Source: Phoronis australis
Lineage: Eukaryota > Animalia > Phoronida
Length of the DNA stretch: 64,000 nt
Assembly: GCA_002633005.1 (NCBI GenBank)
Contig: NMRA01000299.1
Location: 62,001 to 126,000, forward strand
Direction of reading: 5' to 3'
Both the position numbers and the translations under genes were made by a program. Below the pieces are notes generated by a model. It did not search any database. It worked only from the letters and a program-made list of their open reading frames with translations, and was not told where the DNA came from. Shown piece by piece: positions 12,201-24,200 of the stretch (position 1 is its first letter; each line of letters opens with the position of its first letter).

Positions 12201-15200
12201 ATCTAATGAAAAACTCTCAAGCAGCTGTGCATCCACTACTTGAATGCCTGTGATAACAGGTCACTGTAACCTGCAGAAACATTAAGAAAACAACAGGTTG
12301 AACAACAGATTCCTGCTGCCTGAAATGTTAGATGAAAGATGAAACACCAGAACACCATCTCGCTCAGTGTTTCAGCACTAGAAGAATGCTTTGGAAGTAA
12401 AGGAGTTTCACTGAAAACTGTCCCAGCTACGAAAATCTTCCTCAAGCAGACTCACAGGTAGACTGTTGTAATGAACCTGCAGAAGGCCAACGCTTTGGCA
12501 TTTCTGTTTTGCAGACTTTATTTCGCAAAATTCCGACACCACGCATGTTGGTACATTGCTGGTGTGCTGTTAGAGTGCATTTAGAGCTTGAACATGTGCA
12601 CACAGTATTTCCAGAATCAATCACAATAAATTCAGCATTCTGTGTTTCACGCCATATGAATCAATGTGGGGCCGAGTGGGTACATGAGGGATGACACAAA
12701 GAATCTTCGTCCCGGGTGTCACCCACACTAAGTAAGCCATTGGCGGAAGTAAATAACAGCTGCGATTATACAGATGGGTTTTCTCTTGCGCGCTGTATTT
12801 GCATTTAACGTTCATTGTCACACAGGATGAAAACTTCAGCCTTATCCAAGATATCGAATATGTGTGTGTGGATGCTCCACTTTAAAGTGAGGTAATTTGC
12901 ACTAGTGCAAGTTGTTCTAGGGTAGGCCATGTATGGATGGGACTTTATATTATTTTCACAATTTAGCCAAATCTGGATATTTTTTTCTACAGTCTGTTAT
13001 TCATAAGCTCAACGACTTAACCACTGAGTACCTACCTTGACCAGTGAAAGCTATATGACCCATGTTCATTGGCGTGTTTACAGCCACTGCAGCTGTGCCA
13101 GTGGACAGAGTATGTCCGACAGACACAGTGGTGGCACTGGCGAACGAGTCCTGGTATTTTTGCTCCACACCTGGCTCAACAGGGAAATGTCCCGCTGGCT
13201 CAAGACACAACTCTAGTCTGTCCTCAGCCCCGTTGTAGCGAAAGACCTGGATGATGAAGGAGCAACAAGAATATTTTGAGGCAATGCAATGCTCCCCAAC
13301 TTTATTACAGCTTAAAGTAGAAAGAAATAGGAATAATACATCAAAAAGAAGCTCACCATCTTAGCAAATTACCAAGCCTACATTTTCAATGTAGTCTCCA
13401 TCCTTCTAAAGAGAAGTGGCTGATCTGTCAACAAGGACACATACATATGACACTCGCCATCATAAAACTCAGAAAATAGCATAATTTGGCTCTTAGGCCA
13501 GTCACAGTTTTCGTTTTCAAATTTCAGGTTGAAAATGCAACCTGCAGGTCGTTCTGTCGAGCCCTGCTTCCCATTCACATTGCCGATAGGCTCCATCAGA
13601 GGCCTACCACACAATCAGTGTCAATAGTGAGTGTTTAGGGGTCTATGCAGGAATGCAGTTGTGTACTTTTGTAAACAATCCGACTAAATGCACATTAACG
13701 TGCAAAACACTATATTAGTAAGATTTAGCATGGCCTCTAAACAACACAACCATTGCTTCACATTCATTGGTAGATAATGCCAGATTCTTTACTAGTATAA
13801 AATCAGTTAGGAACAGTCTTTAAATGAAAAAAATCCACTCGGTATTTTCTTATAGTGATGAGTTCAGCATGCCTCCACAATTCAAGTATTAGGTATATTC
13901 TTCTGTGGATGAAGAAGGCATGATATGTGTTGCTTTTCTAATAACCGAAATAATAACAACTGAGCGTTATTTTCATTATGATGCAATGAATGTAGACTAT
14001 TATTCTGAACCTGAAGCCATTTTGTTCATGGTGTATTAGAGAAAAGTTAGTCAACCCAACTTTTCACGTTTCACTCAAGCATTCATGGTTAGGAATATAC
14101 TTAGTCTAACTGTTTAAAAAGGGAGCCCTAGCCAGTGTTTTAAATCCAAGATCGATCACAGCAATGCAGTCACTAATATTAAGTTCCTGAAAGCATAAAA
14201 GGCAGTTTTTTCCAAAGGATAGGGCTTATTTTGGATAATTATGTCCAACCACCCCATGAAAATGGATACTGGATACTGCTGGAAGCTTTTTTGAAAATCT
14301 TCAGTAACGATAAATAAAAAACCTGCAAAAACACAATTTGAAATTAAATGAAACTAATTATAACATTCAGTTAAAAATTTGCAGCTACCTAATGTTTGTA
14401 ATGTCGCCACTACAAGATAATCTGCTCTGTCCCTTGCATGTTCTCTGTAGAGTTAAAATATAATCATTTTTTTAAATCTAAAACTAGGTATGCAGATTCT
14501 CAATCTACAGATGTTACAAGTTATATTAAAAAGTCGCCTGATTACCTTTCCAGGTAAACTTGGCAGTGTGCAGTGTTTTCCGTCAGACAGGCCAAGGTCA
14601 CGTTGCACTTGCTGATAGAACAGACCCCCAACAGAGAATAGATGGGGTGCTGTTTGACAGTAGGACCAGAGGTCTCGCCCGTTCAAAGTAGCCAAAAGAG
14701 ATAATGAAGCTATGGACATATCTAGACTGTTTCCAGCTGAAATACAAACAGACAGTAAATTAAAGCATAGCTTGGCAGTTCCCAGGGCCCGGTCTCCAAT
14801 CTTTTTACTCGAAATGGAACTCGAAATTAGGTTTGGCATTTTCTACTCTACTTTTGGGCGAACTCAAGATAAGTGTCTATTATTCTATGCTCGAGTACAC
14901 AATAACTTACGTAGATAATTTATTGCCCTAAGTTCACAGTTTGTAAACCCAATATTGAAGCAATAAATTCGAGTTTGAACTCGAAATTTCGAGTTTTTAC
15001 TCGAGTTTGTAGCATGAATATAAGGGTCTTCAAGGGCAAACTTGAACTAGAAACTCCTATGCATAAACTATAATGTATTCGAGCACAGTCTGATAACCAA
15101 TTATCTTAAGTTCGCACAAAAGGAGCAGAAAAATTGCCAAAAATAGTTTCGAGTTCGTTTCGAGTACAAAGATTAGAGACCGGGCCCTGGTGTACTGTCT

Positions 15201-18200
15201 GGTCAATGTGCCCCAGACAGCCTTGGAAGCTACTACTTGAGTATAATTTTGACATACAATAAACATCTAGGTTAACACCCAAAAAATGATTGCAGGTGGT
15301 GTGATACATGACGCTGTATGAGACGTGTGCAGGCCGCTCATATGGGCCCATTGCATTGATCACCTAGAACCATTTTTATCATTGCCAGAAACTTAACAAT
15401 TAAAATGTGAAAGGAAATAACTACACAATTTGCCGATAGCCTGTTCCAGAAATTGAATGATAAGACTTATAACTGTGAAATATCAGTGTTATTGGTGAAA
15501 AAATTTCCACGTCCTAGGGAATTGGGAGGTTTGCCCATAAAGGCCTATGAAAAAGCAATATTTGAGCACAAAGCTCGTTTTTAAGTCAAAATTGTGGTGG
15601 AATTCATTTCGCTATTGCATTTGCCAATAGAGTAGGTGACGACCAAGAAAATTCAGGGGTTGCTATTGATTATGCAATTAGTAGATATAGTTCCACTGAA
15701 GTTGCCCAAAAATTATGAAAATGTACTTTTAAATCCATGGGTTAAACTTCTTTACATATGCCTTTGATATCAACATTGTATTTTTAGAAGTTTTATACCT
15801 CTTTTGTTTTGGGGTCAGTATGAGGATTCTAGAAATTTCTGAGATCAGATGATAATAGCCAACGGCATGATTAGGTATTTTATGATCATGTGGTTTTTAT
15901 TAGCATTAAGTAAGTGCATTATAATAATTTTGGGCAGAAGTCAGCAAAATAGTCAGAAGGAACTTGATTTTTGAAGCTATAGGAATTTCTTGAGTGTACT
16001 GAAGAAGCAATGCAACAAAGCTATCTCACGGAAGATTCTAACTTGGCAAGGGCAATGGTTATTGAATAGGAAGTTAACTAAGAGCTTGCCACTTGCATTG
16101 TGGGTAGTCAGATACTGCCTACACGTGTTGCATCACGAGGGACTGTGGCAAGCAAAAAGAATAATTGTGAATAGTCAGATACTGCCTACAAATGTCGTTG
16201 CATCATGAAGGACCTGTGGCCAGCATATTGTATCATAAGTAGAGCGATACTTAGACTTGTGATACTTCATGAAGGACTGTGGTCAGTAAATACACTGTTG
16301 CAGTACAGTGTGTGATAATATGAGGATCGACCAACAGCACTGTCATCCAATGAGTGTCAAGTCCTACAGCTTGGATAGCAGATAAGACGTTTGGTTATTT
16401 ATGGTTAATTAATTGAAGTTCCCCTTGAAGAGAGCGGTGACATAGTTACTCTAAGCCTTCTTCATTGTTAGTGTACTTAATTAACAACACGTTTCACTAG
16501 TTTATAAGTGGTAATCATATAATTACAGAATTTAATCATTCTCTCCCCATCCACGCACAATCACAAAACCTTTTAAATTAAACCCTCAGTAAACTTCTGA
16601 CACTTATCCCACTTTCGTGTGATTTTCCAATAAAAAATCCACGTCCATTGTGCTAAGAAAATGGATCCACGTACAGTGGTATAAGAAGAAGTGTTACCGA
16701 GGACTGACTTGTCTTGCAATGGAATTTGTACTTTGTCTCTCGGAGAGTTGAGCTCTAAATAAGCAAGAAACATTGTTGCATCCATTTTCCGATTCAGTAT
16801 CAGTTTGGGAATACATATACTGTCTCCTAAGAGACCACGAATTATACCCCTGAACACAGCATGAGTGATTTGTTTCATCCATTGAATGTTTTGCAATTAT
16901 TGTTATTCTTGCAAGGGTAATGTGAAAAGGTGAACATTATTACTTCTGTGTCAGATTTTGTTGCGTGATGAAACATTAATTACAGAAACAGTGCAATACC
17001 TTATTCGCAATCAAACGTAGTAAAGGGTTTCAACAATTATACTGCTATGACGGAATGGATTCCGCACACAAAACTATCATAATGAAGATTAATAAAAAAG
17101 CCCTGCACCGTCATGATGCAATGGCTGCTGCCAAGCCCTAACGGCCATCATTGACTTTTGTCAGGGTTCATCGTACAAGTTAACTATCAGTTACCTGGGA
17201 CTCCAGTGACATGTATTTTAGCCTGTGCATTCAAGAGGTTCCCCTTACTTATGATTTCAATTGATTTTGAACTCACACAGCTGGTTCGAATCATTAGTCG
17301 TGTGAACCCCCAATAGCTCTTTGACCTATCCATGCAATCTTGTGATTGGTTAGAGAGTGCATGTGTTATGGCCCTAAGCCCCACCCAGCAGTTAGAAAAT
17401 GTTACAAATTTCTGGCAATATGCCTTATTAATATGTGGTTAAAGCGATCTGAGATCAGACTCAAGAGTCTACTAGAGGGACTCAAACACAAATCTGTCAG
17501 CTGTTCAAACTGTCTAAAAAACTGCAAACCGAAACGTTGTCAGCACCTGACCGCATAAATTCTAAGATTTCGCACAAAGTCAATTTTGCCATCTTTCTCA
17601 TATTTCTCGAATTTCGGACGGCCAATATTGCTTATTTCTAAAATTTAGGACAGTTCAAACTATTTATTTTTCACTGTCCTAAGTTCAGGAAATTTTACCA
17701 AAACAAGTCAATAGTTACCGTATCTCAACCTAATTCACATGCTCATTTACATTGAATAAATCGACACAAGTAACTCACAGCGAAAGTCATTGTGCATCTG
17801 ATTGAGATCCTGCAACAAGGCTTCAGATGACTGGTCATGGATGTCTGTTTGAAAGTTGGTCCATCCCTGTCGAGGTTTTTCAGCTGGCCAAACCTTTTCC
17901 GGCATTTTGGGTGTTGTGCCTGAAAGATGACTATAGCTTTGGAACATCTTGTTTAACTTCTTCCCTAAACAAGTGACTTGCCCATTAACAATATTCTACA
18001 GGCACATGTTTGTAATGAAAAATGCTACAGGAAAGGATGCTTTTTAACCACACAGCCCAAAGAGTGGTATGCTACATTATCAAAACCGTTATGAGGAAAA
18101 GCATAAACTTCTCACATCTCAATTATCTACCAGGCCTATTACAGACCACATGTGAATACAGTCAAACCCACTGAATTGGTATGTTCGGAAAGAATAGATT

Positions 18201-21200
18201 GTCATAACTTCGGTTGTAGTTGGGCAATTCTGGCGATTCAAAAAAATTATCAGCATTTGATGAGGAATTCAGAAATGCTATTGGTTTATGTTCAAATATG
18301 TTGTAACTTAACTTTTGTTTTTAACAGCACAGCCCAGCAACATTAGATACAATCTTATTGGAGATTAGAGCAATTATCGAACAAAAGAGAGCTGGCCCTC
18401 CAACCATAAATGCCAGAATGGAGTTAATCAGTTTTGTAAGATATTGGCTACAAGGGTATCTTCCCAACTTATTGTTGGGCTATAGAATCGAACAAGTTGG
18501 GATCAACAGGAAAACGTCCTAATGCAGTGAATATATCTGTATCATAATCGCTAGTGAATTTTTAAAGCTTCTAGCACAAGTTTCAAGAAAATAACCTTAT
18601 AATTAGTCTTTGCACTTGGGCGCACTGTGACCAAATCCAATACAGATTTGTGTCAGCACCCTTCAATAATCAGAAAACGTTATCAACTTGATTATGTTCT
18701 GAATTGTTCAAATGAAAAGGTGAAAATTAGCCACAGAGGCAGAGCAGCAGGTTAACAGAGCTAAGTAGGTCACTCATTATTTATTGTGTGATGAATTCAA
18801 GAGACAGTTGTACATTTTTGTTTTTAACAGTATTAACCCCTATTTCCTGGTTACTAAACTACAAAATGTCAACCTGATGTCTGAGTGTTGTGGCAGACAA
18901 TTTCCCTTCCTAGCACCCAATATCTAAATGTCCAGCTTTTCCAGTTTAGAATGTTGGCAAACATGCTGGCAACAGAAAGAAGATACAAAATAAAAAGGTA
19001 TCAATTTCTGTATGGAATGGGGTACTGGGCAGTAATCTTCTTATACACTGCTCAAGGTTTGAGTCTGTTTTTGTAACATTGTGAGATGTTGCTGTATAGC
19101 ATAGCATTTAGTCAGTCTGGAGCAGTGTACCTAGTTGAGTCAACATTGTATAGCCCCACGACGGCGACATCCCGTTGCTCCCAATTTGTTTGATTCTATA
19201 GCCCAACAACAAGTTAGTAAGTTTACACGACTGATTAACTCCATTCTGACATTTATGGTTGGAGGGCCTGCACTCTTTTTGTTCGATAATTGCTCTAATC
19301 TCTGATCAGATCGTATCTAGACTGACTGGGCTTGGCTGATAAAAATGAAAGTTAAGTTATAACATATTTGAGCTTAAACCAATAGCATTTCGGAAATCCA
19401 CGTCAAATGCTGATCATGTTCCATTTTTGAATCACCAAAATCGCCCAACTACAACAGAAGTTAAGACAATCTATTCTGCCCAAATGGACGCACTGAGTTT
19501 GATTGTGTTCATACGCGTTGGGTCATAGCCTGCAACCACCATACGTTTCCTTTGAAGCCTGGGAAATAATTGACCTGCTTGTTACCATACGGGACAAAAG
19601 ACTGAGCTGGGCAGTTAACAAAAGAGCTAGATGTTATCGCACGTTCAGCACCCCTCATGTCTGGAAAAGTTACTGAACAACAGAACGCTGTAATGCAGTA
19701 TAAGCACTCTTACACAAATACTGCTTTTACAGACACACACACACACACACACACACACACGATTCTTGTTCCGTGGTCAGTGAAGTCGCTGTGCTCAGAC
19801 ATTCTAACTAGTCATTAAAAACAAAAATCTCTGATATGGGATTGTTGCTGGTGTGTTTTTCTTTGAGGTGCATGGTTTAAAATATTACAAGACAAGTGCG
19901 AACAAATCAAGTCTGCAATGTAACAACTGAAGCGCCTTTACTGCTTGGGTACTGCACACCCATCGTTTACTCTCAATCCAGACAACAGCAAATGGGAAAT
20001 TAGCAACAAAAATTGTTAAGCTTGTTGCTAGCACTATTTAGATTTATCTTGAATTTAGTTTGAATACACAAAGAAATTGAGACCATTAGCTAACACAGCA
20101 CATTAAATTGTTGCCGGAAGAAAAAAATGCAACACAGGAAAGTGCACACAGATTGCGTTCATGGTCTACATCGTACTCCATTCCAAATGGCCCTTAGCAA
20201 CTTTCAGCCTAGGACGTGAATATTTGCCGCATGGAGCTCATACAGAGGAATTCAATTTCAGAAGCCAAACAGTGAAAAAACTTTAGTTTCAGTGTATCAT
20301 TTCTGCCATGATTGTATATTCATTGCTTTAAAGTCACTACTAGCAGTAATTACTCTGATCCACAAAAAATAAAATAAAAGTAACTTAGATCTGTTCAGGG
20401 CTCGTGAAGATGACACCAATGATTTATGAACAAAGCCATTGCAAGATGAAATGAAATGGGCCAGATTTCTAATGTAAAACTTTGTTTTCCATGCCAGCAA
20501 TGGTCGTAACACAACAACCACGCGACACTGTCCACATGGAAACCTATGTGACACCAAGTCTCAAGCTCATGGCTAATACTTAAATGTTTTGCTTCAAGTT
20601 CTTGTTTGAACCTGATTTTTGTTGCTGTTTGCACTTTGTGCGTACATATGGAATGAATTTGGATTCAAATCACAAAGTTTGCATTTCATCATGATTGTGT
20701 ATACACAAGGACATGAGTGGCAGCCCAAAGGAAAAAAAGATCAATGCATCTAGTGATTAGGAGTGTCAATGAATAGACTGTTTCCCAATAGAGAAAGACA
20801 CTGTCAGAAAATATGGACATCATCAGAACTAAACCAACTTACTATAAGAGCTAGTATGTTTATTGCAGGACAAGTCTTCCACAACTACACGATCGCCATG
20901 TTGTAGCGGCAGTAGACAACTGTCATTCCCCTCTACAGGTGGCATTAGCTCTTTGAGCGGAAACCCGTATTTAATCTTCTGTTGATTCACTGGCACCCCA
21001 AGCTCAGTTGTGATTCGTTCTTGGAGAGCTGAGAATGTGACATCTGGTTCCAACGAGAGCATTACCTAAAACAGTCATGTGGTTAACCAGATTGGAATTT
21101 CGCAAACTTTTCATTTGATTGATAGCTTCACCAACTGAAGTCTAGTATGTAACCGAATATTCTGCAATCAGACTGCTACGTAACAAAGATATTAAACACC

Positions 21201-24200
21201 ATGGGGCTTTGGCCTCTGCAAATACATTGCAGTTACCTTATAGGAAGATCAGTATAGTATAAATGCCACAATAAAGTTTATGCAAGACTCCAGAAAAATG
21301 TCCAAATTTGGCTAAATTTTGAACGTCATTTCTCAGAAATGGCCGATCAGATTCGTATGAAATTTTCAGAATACTCAATGCTTCATGTATTGTTCTCCAA
21401 AACACTGATACAATTTGCTTTTAAAAGTTCACTTTTTCATGAGGGTTTATCAAAAACATAACTTCGAACAACTAAACAGCACTTTCGAGATTTCAGTTTG
21501 AACGTAGATATCAAACTGTTCTTTAGATAACACTTACCGCAAACAATAATTGAAAAGCCCCTTATTGAGAACAAAATGGCCACTACTTACTGCAGAGGTT
21601 GAATCCGCCCGAAAATTTAATAATGCCAGCACTTTTGGAATGTGTTTATAGGCCCTTTCATATTGACTTAACTCCGGTTTGAGCGGAGTGTCGACGTAAA
21701 CAGCAAAGTTAAGTGGACCGTTCATACTGGCTTCATTAGTTAAATGAACATCGAAGAAAACGGTATGTGACTCTGTCATCATAGAAGTTATTGCAAGGTA
21801 GTGCTGTACGCTAAGATTTTCCTAGATATTCACAATTTCAATGTTTCTTGTATAATTATTGTAAAGTTAGGAATATACAACACCGCAAAACTGCCTTTTG
21901 GGAAGCAATCAATGCCTATTTATTTCAGACCAACCGTGAATTTCTATTATTTAGATGTGTGTGTGCCTGCATTTCATTTGCAAAGATCTTATTGTTTGTA
22001 AATATTAGTGTATTTAGAAATAAAATGTATTAAAAAAAACGGCTGGCAATTGCATGCCTTCACCTTTCGCCAGTGCTGCATGGTATCCAGCAAAATAATT
22101 TCTGTCTATCTTTATTTGCCACATTTTATTAACAATTTCAATACAAATTGTCCCTACTTTGGTTTTATTAAATTTAAGGTCCGCTGTCAACTATTTCTTC
22201 CCCATTTATTAGTGCAGGCTGGTAACAAGCACTGCTCCAGTCGTACAGCTGGCGTTCTTAAGCCTGTGTTCCAGAACGAATTACACTTCCGGTTACGCGG
22301 TTAGTTCAAAATGGCAGTGTGTTCTGGTTGGAATCATTAGTGGCGTGTTTATTTATAAACTTTCTTCGACTACGAATTGTGTGTTGGTTATGGGATAGGT
22401 AACTGTTTGGTTCCTTATACTATCTTCTAACCATTTAGTAAGGGTTAAAACGTGTGCTAATAGGACTTCAAAAACATGCACACGCGAAAATTATATGACA
22501 GACTAGAAAGTAAACAAACACTCCAAAATTCCTAATCTTTCTACTTTCAGAAAATACTTTTACTAGTTGACATCTCCTAGAATTTTTTGATAACTGACTT
22601 AACAGTGGAGGTCACGTTTGACATAACCTTAAGTCACTTTTGTATATTTTTAACAACGCCTTTTACACACTGATTTTCAAGGCCAAAAGGTATGAATATA
22701 AAAATTTTCCACTCTCCAGATAATCATTTTTAAATACCTGTTTGCCACCAGATGTCGTCACTTTCACTTTTCTCACAAACGTCGCAACTGTTGGCTCCTT
22801 AGGACTGACAGCAGCAGTAGCAGCAGAAGCATCAGGATTAGATGGACTGGCCTAAAACAATAATAATCATTTCAATTTGATTTCATTATACATCAAAACA
22901 AATGACTTCAATGGGGCTATTCGACGAATTCTCCTCGCAGTGTCGCTGCTGTACTAGTGGTGATTGAATTGTGCATGCGTTGCTGTCTGCTTGTTGTCAA
23001 AAGCTGGTAAAAAAACGGAATTGTCATCAAAAAACGTTGTCATTCTAAGCCTTATTATTGCTATTTTCCCAGGTGCAAATCTTTGACAGGTGGACACAAA
23101 TTCCCAAAAGACTTAAGGTTACTACAGGCGTGGAGAATTGCAGTCAAAAGGTTCAACCAAGTGACAAAAAGTATGGATGCCAAAGCCTCACGCCTAGTGT
23201 GTGCTCTATGTATTTCCATTGAGAGACTACATAATCAGGTTAATTGGTAAGTTTTTACCAATTATTTTCTACTGACATGACTCAGTGATTTTATCCCCAC
23301 CAGTTACCCCACTGAATAACGGGTTGTGGAACTAAGTGTTTCTTTTTAGAAACTCACCCGGGACCCAGATGGTAGGCTAGCAGCACATATTCACACATTG
23401 TCCTGGGTGGGAGTGCTCCCATATAAGAGGTGTAATGTAAAGATTGTCGAATAGCCCCATTATTGTACTATGTTGCGGGGAGCAAAAGGCATGAAGAATT
23501 TTACCTCTATCGGTCACCTCTGTTGCATTAACAATTGTGCTTCAATATGAATCAATGACGTTCACATGTGCCAGATGTAGATTTGTGCATGTGTAAATTT
23601 ACATTAATTTTACACAACCTCTGAAGGTGATGTAAACAGGGTATTTGCAAACAGAATTCACAAAAATACATGCCAAACATAAATATAAACTAAGGTGTTG
23701 AACATGTGGGTGTAAACACCATAATGTGAAAACAATAGCATGCGGACAACTGTCTTCATTATATGTGGGTATTAATATGGCCAATAGGTGGTGCAGAATA
23801 TGCCAAATCCATCCAAAAATAAGAAAGCGTACTAGTTATCTTTCTTAAGGAAATCGATTTGCAAAATTTCATGAAAATCCATCAATTAACTTTAGAAGAT
23901 ATGGAGGCAACTGTAAACAAGAGCAACGCCGAGCGTTGAAATGCGCCTACAAATGCACCCTAAATGGTGTGTTTCTAGGGTTGTTTATTTGTTTCATAAA
24001 AATGGCCACTAGATGGCGCAAAAACATTCAATCCATCTGAAAATGGGAACATGCCATCGCTTCCTTTTATAGAAAGCTATTTCCCAAATCTGTCAAGGAA
24101 CTACAGAGAAAAGGAAAACGGAACAAGAGCAACGCGGAGCACTGAAAAGCACTCACGAATGCATCGCAAATAGTGTGCTTTTAGGGTTATTTATTTGCAT

